From assembly GCA_030602565.1 (NCBI GenBank), contig JAUVZL010000005.1:6467-70466 (forward strand): a DNA stretch of 64,000 nt. The letters run 5' to 3'. The notes beneath the pieces were generated by a model. The model saw only the letters and a list, made by a program, of their open reading frames with translations, was not told where the DNA came from and made no database searches. The DNA comes from Candidatus Stahliibacteriota bacterium. GTDB lineage: Bacteria; Hydrothermota; Tepidihabitantia; SM23-42. This document shows positions 40,879-50,100 of this stretch, one piece after another; position 1 is the stretch's first letter, and each line of letters starts with the position of its first letter. The translations under genes were made by a program, and so were the position numbers.

Positions 40879-41382
40879 TTATTCAAGCTTCAGTTCTTTT
40901 TCTTTTTGAAGTTTAGAACATCTGAAGGCATCAATAATAATTAATGCAGCGCCAATAGTAAGGCAAATATCATCCAAATTTACAACTGCATATCTGGGTA
41001 TAACAAAAAAATCGCGTCCGCAACCCAATAGTGCACGATCAATAAGAGAACCAATGGCACTGCTGATGACAAGCACAAAACCAAAAAAGGCGCTCCAAGA
41101 TATATAATTTCTATCAGATATATACCCACGATAATAGATGCACATATAAAAAACCAATACGATGTTTAGTATCAATCCAATATAGATACCATAATCTGTC
41201 TGAGATAACAAACCGAATGCTAACCCCTTATTTTCTACATATTTTAAGCCGAATCCGACAAAAAATTTCATATTACATTTTGTAAGCTGGGCAATAGTTT
41301 TTGTGGTTTGGCTAATAAAAACCAATAAAATTATAAGAAAAATAATATATTTCGTTAACAAACTTTTTTTAATAATCTTCAT
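40879..41382 (-). CDS. Divergent signal peptidase II (LspA)-like protein
   Basis: 'N.GLAFGLL', 'AIGSLIDR', 'RDFF', 'VNLDD'. Confidence 0.6.
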   Translation of the reverse strand: MKIIKKSLLTKYIIFLIILLVFISQTTKTIAQLTKCNMKFFVGFGLKYVENKGLAFGLLSQTDYGIYIGLILNIVLVFYMCIYYRGYISDRNYISWSAFFGFVLVISSAIGSLIDRALLGCGRDFFVIPRYAVVNLDDICLTIGAALIIIDAFRCSKLQKEKELKLE

Positions 41383-41537
41383 ATATATTACTTTTATATT
41401 ACTTTACCAGAACCAGCGTTTTTGTCAATATATAATATTATATTGGATAACTATTTTAGCAATCTGTCCTGCATCTACCAAGAAAAATATAATTACGGGA
41501 ATAAAAAACCGCCTCGTTTTTACATCGTCTAACAATT

Positions 41538-42680
41538 TCATTGTTTAGCTTCCCAGGTTTCTGCGGATTTGATCCGGTTACCTGGTGAGGGATGGGAGTA
41601 TTTATACCATTCTATAAATGGATTGGGATAGGCAATTGAAAGTTGTTTATTGCAAAACTTTGCCATCAGGCCAATAAAACTTTCTGGATCTTTGGTTAAA
41701 TTAAGCGCGCCTTTATCTGCTCTTCGTTCATAATATCTTGAGATCGCAGAACCAAGAGGTTTCAGAACAAAAGCGAGGACTGCAAAGATTGCTCCAAACA
41801 ATGGAAATGCAGCAATATCAGAGACTTTGTGAAAACCAACCCATTGGTAAAAATATGGATGTATTCGATAGAACACATAAAACATCACGATCGTAGTGCA
41901 GGACTGCCACAGAATTAACCACCTTACATGATGTTCTCGATAATGCGTAATTTCATGTGCAAGTACGGAGAGAATTTCGCCTTCAGTATAATCAGCAATC
42001 AAAGTATCGCCGATAAGAATCCTCTTCGTATTGCCCAAGCCAACAACCGCGGCGTTTGCTTTAGTCGATTTACTGGATAAGTTAATACTGAAAATACCTC
42101 GCACATTAATCTTTGTCTGCTCACAAATATCTTCAATTTTACTCCTTAAATCTTCGTTTTCAATTGGCGATGTTTTGTAAAAAAGAGGCAGGATCAATAC
42201 TGGAAAAAGGTTGGCGAGAATGACACTGAATATGATCATTATTATGGAAAGCCAGAGCCACCAGAGTGTTGGCGATATGCTTGTTACCAGATAGATAATC
42301 TCAAACACAATTGTGCCAAGTATAAAACTCACAAAAAAAGATTTTACCCAGTCTTTTAACCACGCCTTGAAATCCTGTGTTGAAAAGCCATATTTATGCT
42401 CAATCACAAAACCATCAAGATACGCAAGCGGCATCGTGATCAAAGTGTAGACTATATAAAGTACAGTAAAGTATATTAATATTATTAGAAATCGTGCATC
42501 AGTAATAGCATTTATGAACACAACGAAATTTTTCGAAATATCAAACCACAATAGAGCTGCAATAAATATTCCTGAAATAACATAGGTAGCAACGCTGGTT
42601 TTTAAATTGTCTTTATGATATTTTTTCGCCTGCTTCTGTTTTTCTCTATCAATTAATGGATGCATTGATTTCTCCTTCAT
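41538..42680 (-). CDS. M48 (Ste24-like) zinc metallopeptidase
   Basis: 'KANAAVVGLGNTKRI', HEITH zinc motif, 'ERRADKGA', 'SHPSPGNRI'. Confidence 0.93.
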   Translation of the reverse strand: MKEKSMHPLIDREKQKQAKKYHKDNLKTSVATYVISGIFIAALLWFDISKNFVVFINAITDARFLIILIYFTVLYIVYTLITMPLAYLDGFVIEHKYGFSTQDFKAWLKDWVKSFFVSFILGTIVFEIIYLVTSISPTLWWLWLSIIMIIFSVILANLFPVLILPLFYKTSPIENEDLRSKIEDICEQTKINVRGIFSINLSSKSTKANAAVVGLGNTKRILIGDTLIADYTEGEILSVLAHEITHYREHHVRWLILWQSCTTIVMFYVFYRIHPYFYQWVGFHKVSDIAAFPLFGAIFAVLAFVLKPLGSAISRYYERRADKGALNLTKDPESFIGLMAKFCNKQLSIAYPNPFIEWYKYSHPSPGNRIKSAETWEAKQ

Positions 42681-43006
42681 ATTTTCTCCTGTCCCAATCG
42701 CTCAATGAATTGAGCAACTACAAATTTCTTACCGTTGTCTAACCGATTGGGCAATAAATTTATATTCTATTCTAATTTCAACGTAAGTCAATACGATTTA
42801 CAATAAGAAGATCTTCTTAAAAAATTACACCTTGACAAATCGTGGAGTTACGGTACAATTATATACTCAAACCTTGAAGCGGTATTTTAAGTTTCAAGTA
42901 TATATTTTATAGACGGAAGAAAATATGGTTTTAGCTATTCGCACTATTGGAATTTCAAGGTGCAAGGACTGAGGTATCAGAGTATTAGGAAAAAACAAGA
43001 GGCGGT

Positions 43007-43816
43007 ATGTGCAAATTTAGATGTTTGGTTTGCTTAATGCTTTTATGTGGACTCGGTTTTGGTAGCCAACCTGATGAATGTTTGTTCAAGAAAAAGCAAC
43101 TTGCAATTAGCCTTGATTGGCATAAAGAGATTTCAAAACCTAACTCAATTGAATTTAGCAAATACGATTTCTTCAACAACCGAGGAATCTCTGATTTTAC
43201 ACTCAATGATACAACCCACATGCAGGGTTTCCAAACAGATGCAAGTAGGGTGACTTTTGGTAAGATTGCCTTGGAGTCACTTGGGGCAGTAACTTGTGGA
43301 TATGTTATTACCAGTACTATTTGGTATTCCTCTTTTCCACGGTCAGTAGAGTCATCATTTTACCCTATCAACTTGTTGGGTTTGTTGGTAGTCAATCCGG
43401 CTGGTTGTTTGGATTTTCCTTACGCTGTTGGATTCTCTATCGGTCCTGCAATAGGGGTAACATTAATAGGAAATAGATTGATGAAACCGCGTGGCTCTTT
43501 TTTAAAATCTCTAATTGGTGCAGGTTGTGGAGCTGCGATTGGGATGTTAATTAACACACCTACATTTCTTGTCATGTACGGTGGATGGGAAGCCGGCGAT
43601 GAGGATCCTTGGAAAAGTTGGGGTTGGCACCATTATGGACAAATCGCTGCTTTAATACTGCCAGTTGCTGGCGCAGTTGTCGGATACAACCATAACATAT
43701 CACAGAAGAGTGTGGTCCCCATGATGAATTCGCCAGAGGAAAACAAATTCCTTGATGGTGGTAGTCAACGACACTGTCCATCTATTAGACTTCAGTTAAT
43801 CACAATGAGATTTTAG
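43007..43816 (+). CDS. Variable Gly-rich membrane protein, paralog A1
   Basis: Signal-like N-terminus '...GFGSQPDECLFKK'; shares conserved blocks with 44390 and 46373. Confidence 0.8.
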   Translation: MCKFRCLVCLMLLCGLGFGSQPDECLFKKKQLAISLDWHKEISKPNSIEFSKYDFFNNRGISDFTLNDTTHMQGFQTDASRVTFGKIALESLGAVTCGYVITSTIWYSSFPRSVESSFYPINLLGLLVVNPAGCLDFPYAVGFSIGPAIGVTLIGNRLMKPRGSFLKSLIGAGCGAAIGMLINTPTFLVMYGGWEAGDEDPWKSWGWHHYGQIAALILPVAGAVVGYNHNISQKSVVPMMNSPEENKFLDGGSQRHCPSIRLQLITMRF

Positions 43817-43830
43817 AAAGGATGGGGAGA

Positions 43831-44316
43831 ATGAAGGTTACTATAAACATAGTAATTTTACTAACTGCTCTACTTAGCAACGGTTTTGCAGACAATAGTA
43901 ATATACCCGATAGTATATTGTATGCAAATGCGGAAGGGTTAGATCTAATGAGTGATGCTCCATGGGTGATAAATAAAGATGATTACATACCTTTTTCCTT
44001 TATTATTAAAGATTGCAATCAGTACCTTGGTTTAGAATTTCATTGCCTAGCAATTTATGACATTTCAGATGGTATAGAATACTATGGTGGTACCGAAATC
44101 GTGCCATCACTGAATTACACAATGCGTGTCACGTCAGATTCTGTTATTCATCAAATTGAATATCCTCCATTAACTCCAAATCCATTAGATCGAACAAAGG
44201 TGTCTAATCAGATATTCTATTACGATTATATCGATATGGGATATTCTTTACCTCCGAACTTCAATTATAATTGTTCGATTGTCTGGTTTGATGGAAATTG
44301 GATTAGTCAGTTTTAG
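43831..44316 (+). pseudogene. Truncated N-terminal copy (stub B1) of the giant protein
   Basis: Near-identical to the 47130-47570 translation up to 'DMGYSLPP.F.YN', then diverges and stops. Confidence 0.8.
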
Positions 44317-44365
44317 GTCTTGACAAATGTCAGATATTTATTATAATTCAAAAGACTTAAGTGTA
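44233..44365 (+). repeat. ~135-bp junction/promoter repeat, copy 1
   Basis: Repeated at 46211-46347; contains TTGACA-16-TATAAT. Confidence 0.88.
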
Positions 44366-44389
44366 TAGATCTACACCAAAGGAGGCGGG

Positions 44390-45109
44390 ATGAATAAGTT
44401 AAAATTCTTGGCTTGTTTGATGCTTATATTTGGACTCGGCTTTGGCAGCCAGCCTGATGAATGTTTGTTCAAAAAACAACATCTTGTAGTCAGCCTCGAT
44501 TGGCGTTATGAATTATTGAAACCCACCTTAGCAGCATCTAACAAGTACTATTTCTTCAACAGAGGAATTTCTGATTTTACACTCAATGATACAACCCACA
44601 TGCAGGGTCTCCAAACAGATGCAAGTAAGGTGACTTTTGGTAAGATCGCGTTAGAATCAATTGGGGCATTGGGTGGTGGTTTTCTTCTGGCTTATCCTAT
44701 AACAAAAATGAGCAAGTACGATGTCCAAGTGGGATATCCAATTGGTTTTTCGATAGGTCCGGCGATCGGGGCAACATTAGTCGGCAACGCATTAATGGAA
44801 CCTAATGGTTCTTTCTTAAAAAGTATTATTGGTTCAGCTTTAGGGACTGGTTTAGGTTATCTAGTGTTTCTATACTTCTATATAAAGGGTTTTCCTGATC
44901 CATCAACAGATTATGGAGATGAGTATAATTGGTCTATAGTTGTTGCGGCAGGATTACCCGTGATTGGAGCAACAGCAGGATATAATATCGGAATACCTGA
45001 AATGAATCAGAATTCTGGTTATTTTGAAAGAAATTATAGATTCTTTAATGAAACATTACAATTAAATCAGACGAGGCTCAAGTTGTCGTTGATTTCTATA
45101 GAATTTTAA
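44390..45109 (+). CDS. Variable Gly-rich membrane protein, paralog A2
   Basis: Same conserved blocks (VTFGKIALES, GFSIGPAIG, EPNGSFLKS); different loops and C-terminus. Confidence 0.8.
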   Translation: MNKLKFLACLMLIFGLGFGSQPDECLFKKQHLVVSLDWRYELLKPTLAASNKYYFFNRGISDFTLNDTTHMQGLQTDASKVTFGKIALESIGALGGGFLLAYPITKMSKYDVQVGYPIGFSIGPAIGATLVGNALMEPNGSFLKSIIGSALGTGLGYLVFLYFYIKGFPDPSTDYGDEYNWSIVVAAGLPVIGATAGYNIGIPEMNQNSGYFERNYRFFNETLQLNQTRLKLSLISIEF

Positions 45110-45123
45110 GAAAAGGGAGGTGA

Positions 45124-45414
45124 ATGATGTCTTGGCTTTTGACAATTTTAGCTTTGATTAGTACACCATCATCGGATAGTATTAAACCTTTCTATTATGA
45201 TGATCCTTGGCGTGAAGTAGTCTTGGAGGCTCCATGGGTAATAGCGATCGACGATACAATCAATTTTCTATTCTATATGCACGATTGCGATGAAGATCCC
45301 ATCAATGAATTACATGCTATTGCAATTTATAATCTCACAGATGAAGAACACCATTATTACTGGGCAGGCAGATCTCAATGTGCACCAGCACCTAACATTG
45401 TAGATGCACAATAA
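45124..45414 (+). pseudogene. Divergent truncated N-terminal stub (B2) related to the giant protein
   Basis: 'EAPWVIAIDDTINFLFYMHDC...ELHAIAIYNLTD' aligns with 'DAPWVINKDDYIPFSFIIKDC...EFHCLAIYDISD'. Confidence 0.65.
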
Positions 45415-45658
45415 ATGAGCCACCCATAACACCTAATCCAACAATCCCGTAAATGTTTTGTTTTTCGAAGCAATCTTGCAGTGGATAAAGTATTAATTTC
45501 CTGTGGGAGTGGGCTTCTGTCCGCGATTATCAGGCTCGATTTTAATCTTCGGGGAAGATTATTTTTGATTGAAATCGGGCTATTGACTTTCAATATGTAT
45601 CAATTATAATAGAATAGAAATCAATAAAAGAAAAAAATGAAACAAAGGAGGTAAAATA

Positions 45659-45847
45659 ATGGCAAAAATAAAGCAAACGGTAATTCAAATCATAAAATCT
45701 CTTCCCGAAGACGTTACCATTGATGACATTATGGCTGAACTGTATTTCAAGCTTCAGGTTGATGCTGGATTAAAAGAACTGGATGAAGGAAAAGGGATTC
45801 CTCACGAACAAATAGAGAAAAGAATGTCAAAATGGCTCACAAAATAA
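45659..45847 (+). CDS. Putative antitoxin
   Basis: 'IIKSLPEDVTIDDIMAELYFKLQVDAGLKELDEGKGIPHE'; overlaps the toxin start. Confidence 0.8.
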   Translation: MAKIKQTVIQIIKSLPEDVTIDDIMAELYFKLQVDAGLKELDEGKGIPHEQIEKRMSKWLTK

Positions 45848-46122
45848 TATGGTCACCGCGTGCCGCATCCAATCTTGAAAATATTTGTGAATATATTGCC
45901 CGAGATTCAAAATATTATGCCACACTTTTCGCCAAGCGAATAATCGCGAATATTGAGAATATACCCAAATTTCCGAAATCAGGTCGAATCGTGCCTGAAT
46001 ATAACAGCAAGAATTTGCGAGAAAAAATCTATAAAAACTATAGGATTATTTATCGAGTTAAGCGTAACTTTATTGAAATTGTTGCAATATGCCACAGCAC
46101 GAAACCATTAGGTAATATGTAG
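45832..46122 (+). CDS. RelE/ParE-family toxin
   Basis: 'KIIWSPRAASNLENICEYIARDS...FPKSGRIVPE...LRE....YRIIYRV'. Confidence 0.9.
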   Translation: MAHKIIWSPRAASNLENICEYIARDSKYYATLFAKRIIANIENIPKFPKSGRIVPEYNSKNLREKIYKNYRIIYRVKRNFIEIVAICHSTKPLGNM

Positions 46123-46174
46123 AATATTTTTGGAAAGATATAACATAATAGGTGGATGAAAAGGCACAATGCGC

Positions 46175-46347
46175 CGGGGTGATGAGATTGTGCCCGATGT
46201 AGACTATCCTGATATGGGTTATTCTTCACGTCCGAACTTCAACTATAATTGTTCGATTGTCTGGTTTGATGGAAATGCATGAGGTCAGTCAGTTTTGGGT
46301 CTTGACAAATGTCAGATATTCATTATAATTCAAAAGACTTAAGTGTA
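46175..46347 (+). repeat. Internally deleted giant-gene fragment plus junction/promoter repeat, copy 2
   Basis: GGTGATGAGATTGTGCCCGATGTAGACTAT matches ~47385-47414, then jumps to the GATATGGG block. Confidence 0.8.
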
Positions 46348-46372
46348 CAAAATCAACACTAAAGGAGACGGT

Positions 46373-47116
46373 ATGTGCAAATTTAGATGTTTGGCTTGCT
46401 TAATACCTTTATTCGAGCTAGGTTTTGGTAGCCAACCTGATGAATGTTTGTTCAAGAAGCAGCAGCTTGTAGTCAGCCTTGATTGGCATAAAGAGATTTT
46501 AAGACCCAACTCAATTGAATTTAATAGATATTATCTCTTCAATAGAGGAATTTCTGATTTTACACTCAATGATACAATCCAAATGCAAAAACCACCATCT
46601 GATGTAAGTAAGGTGACTTTTGGTAAGATTGCCTTGGAGTCACTTGGTAGTGCGGCGGGAGGTGTTATCGCTTTCGGGTTTACACGTTTGCTACTTCATG
46701 ATGCAGATTTTTGGGAAGGCGCGACAATGTGCGTTAGTGTTCCTGTCGGTCTTGCAGGTGGGGCAACGATTACGGGTAATCTCCTAATGGAGCCAAATGG
46801 TTCTTTCGCGAAATCCCTTGGTGGCGTTGCCATAGGTTCTTTGATAGGATTACCAATTGCTATAATCGCAGGTTTGACCAGCTTAAGAGGCACGTGGGAC
46901 CATATGTATACAGAAGCAGCACCTATAACCTATATATTGTTTATTACTGCAGGTTTGTGCCCAATTACTGGCGCAGTTATCGGCTACAACCATAACATAT
47001 CAAAGAAGAGCGTGGTCCCCATGATGAATTCGCCAGAGGAAAACAAATTCCTTGATGGCAGTAGTCAACGACACTACCCATCTATTAAATTGCAACTAAT
47101 TACATTAAGATTTTAA
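46373..47116 (+). CDS. Variable Gly-rich membrane protein, paralog A3
   Basis: Start MCKFRC after AAGGAG; N- and C-termini close to A1, middle divergent. Confidence 0.8.
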   Translation: MCKFRCLACLIPLFELGFGSQPDECLFKKQQLVVSLDWHKEILRPNSIEFNRYYLFNRGISDFTLNDTIQMQKPPSDVSKVTFGKIALESLGSAAGGVIAFGFTRLLLHDADFWEGATMCVSVPVGLAGGATITGNLLMEPNGSFAKSLGGVAIGSLIGLPIAIIAGLTSLRGTWDHMYTEAAPITYILFITAGLCPITGAVIGYNHNISKKSVVPMMNSPEENKFLDGSSQRHYPSIKLQLITLRF

Positions 47117-47129
47117 AAAGGGAGATAAG

Positions 47130-50100
47130 ATGAAGGGTACTTTAAACATAGTAATTTTACTAACTGCTTTACTTAGCAACGGTTTTGCAAGTAATAGCAA
47201 TCTGCAAGATAGTATATTGTATGCAAATGCTGCCGGTCTTGATTTAATGAGTGATGCTCCATGGGTGATAAATTAAAGATGATTACATACCTTTTTCCTT
47301 TATTATTAAAGATTGCAATCAGTACCTTGGTTTAGAATTTTACTGCCTGGCAATCTATGATATTTCAGATGGTATAAAATACTATGGTGATGAGATTGTG
47401 CCCGATGTAGACTATACTTTTCGTACAACCCAGGACTCCATAATTTTCGAGATTGCGTACCCACCATTAACTCCAAATCCATTAGATCGAACAAAGGTGC
47501 CTAATCAGATATTCTATTACGATTATATCGATATGGGATATTCTTTACCTCCGAGTTTCGATTATAATTGGTGGAAAAAGGAAGTGAATAAATTTAAATG
47601 CATCGGCACGAATTGGAATCAATCACTGAATGGTCAATTGACCACCCCTTCAGCATTAGGGTACAATCCTGGCGATACAATAACATTTAGAACAATCATT
47701 GTATGCAGGAAGATATTTTATGATCCCAACATGATGCAATGGTCTCTACTCTTGCATTTTCGTGAGCGTGATTTAAGAATTGTGGTGGTAGCGGATCAGT
47801 GTCCTATGCCGAAGTTATCAAACTGGTATTTAGCAGATTGTCACACTCATAGCTGGAATACAGATGACGAATTTGAATATGGTGGGGTCACACCATTTAT
47901 GGCAAAAGCTGCAAAGAAGATTGGGTTAGATTGTGTAATATTTACTGATCATTCAAACGATTGTGGGTGGGTTCAAGACCATAATGATGGTTGGGGATCA
48001 GGAACAAACTGGAATCACTGCGGTTGGGAAATAGACCAGTACACTGACGTGTTGTTGATACGAGGAGAAGAAATAAGCGCACATAGAAATGGTGTTGGTT
48101 GGGGATGGGTAACGTACCCGCCGTTCTATGTAAAACCCTCGAAAATCAAGCGTCATGAAAGACATTTCCTCGGTTTTGGTCTGAATTCTTTTATCAAAGG
48201 ATGGCATCCGTTAGTTGTTGGATATCCCGGGGCATTGTATGATGTCAATGGTATTCTCAGTGGCTACCCACCACCACAATGGACTTGGAATTATGGAACA
48301 CCGTCAAATCATATCAAAGCACAGGGTGGTTTTGGTTATTATGCACATCCAGGTGACTATTTTGAAGAAGAAGATGATTCTACGACACTTATTGAAGCAC
48401 TTGAACACAACGTATGCAAAGGATGGCAAATCTTCAACTGTCGCAAAACTCATAGAGCCGGCGAGGATAGCGGTGGAGATGAACATTTTCATCCTTGGGG
48501 AGAATTCCCATATGGAAAGACCTGGGAGACATCACGTCCTGACTGGCTTGAGATATATGTTCCGATAATTCGTATTTGGGATAGGTATATGAGTCAACAC
48601 CTTAATAGTTTCCGAAAAAAAGCACTCATTCTTGGTGGCTCTGATGCACATGGCGATTTTAATTATTCGATTGGTAAACAACTTGTCTTAGGATGGCAGT
48701 GGCCGCCAGTTGACTTTGACTGGATTGCTGATGCAACTGCCTTAGGTGCTTGGCGTACTGCGGTGTATTGCCCAGGAGGATTGACAAGGGATAATATTTT
48801 AAATGGTCTGAAAAATGGAAAGACGGTGATTACGGATGGTCCTGTGATGATTTTTGGATTGGATATGAATAATGACGGTGATATTTATGATGCCGTGGAT
48901 ATGATGATTGGTGACGGCGATAATAATGAGGACGGGGTCATTGATCATAAGGCGAGGTTATTTGGTGCATGTAAGGATTCAGGCGCAATTACTGTTAACC
49001 CAACCTCATATATCAGCTTCATGTTTGAATGGCAGTCAAACAGCCTTTTTGGACCAGTAGATTCAATAGTCCTCTATCAAGGAACATCAACAACTGGAGA
49101 TCATCCGGATCGAGTATGTAAATTAATCCCATCCAATGGTCAGCAAGGTACAATGAACTATGAATATTACTGGGTACACGAGGCAGAGGATTCAGTGAAC
49201 AGTTATTTTCGCGCTATAGCATATTCTCAAAGCGGTTCGGGAGTAGGTCAGCAATACCGTTGTTTTACAAATCCCATCTGGATTAGGGGATATTTTGAAA
49301 CACCGCCAAACAATCTACATATTACGTGGTATGATGAAAGTCAAGTCAGGATTGCCTGGGAATGGCATTATGCTTGTACGCCTGATTGTTGGAAGATTTT
49401 ACGCAGAGAATATAGCTCGAGCTGGCCATATGAATGGGATACTGTTGCCACTGTGTACTGGGGTTATCGTGAATATGAGGACAATACAGTAGAACGTGGT
49501 AAAAAATATGTTTATCGAGTCGTGGCGACAAAAGGCACAACTCGGTCAAAACACTCCCATAGCGACACAGTTCGGGTGCCTTTGCTCAATCGACCCTGGT
49601 ACCAGCTCCGTGTTCATTCACCAGCTTCAGACAGGATTGTCGTAGAGTTTCGTGACCTCTCAATTTTTGAGACTCGATTTGATGTTGAACGAAAGTGTCC
49701 AGCGATCGGTGAACCCTGGCATGTTGAAGCGACGCTTGATGCTGAGCCATCATCGGGGACTTGGGTTACCTATGAAGATTATAATGTCAAACCAGAAAGC
49801 ACCTATTTTTATCGGGTAATGGCATATACGAGTATAGAACCTGCGGGTTACTCGGCTTACACCTGGAAATATGGTGCAACGGTCTGGCCACATTTAAAGA
49901 CAGGCAATAATGATTCAGCCACAGCATATCAACCCAAGGTTATCTACACTCCCGAAGATAATTTGTATTATATGACATATGCAGGAGAGAACTTGCTATT
50001 CGCAAGCAAATCAAATAATGGTATAGATTGGGAAGGAATGAATGCGATATGCTATAGTGGCTACCCGTGGATTGTAAATTGGGATGCTGGTTTTTCTCAA

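Noticed and set aside
45360-46200. Integron cassette array (TA among small genes; one ACCTAAC motif)
   Set aside because: No paired attC R''/R' sites after the ORF stops and no IntI; the units carry their own promoters
47274-47276. Stop-codon recoding (TAA read-through) in the giant gene
   Set aside because: The downstream ORF is in a different frame; the paralog shows a 1-nt insertion, not an in-frame stop
43007-47570. Diversity-generating retroelement (TR/VR pair) among the duplicated blocks
   Set aside because: Mismatches between copies are not adenine-specific, and no reverse transcriptase is in the window
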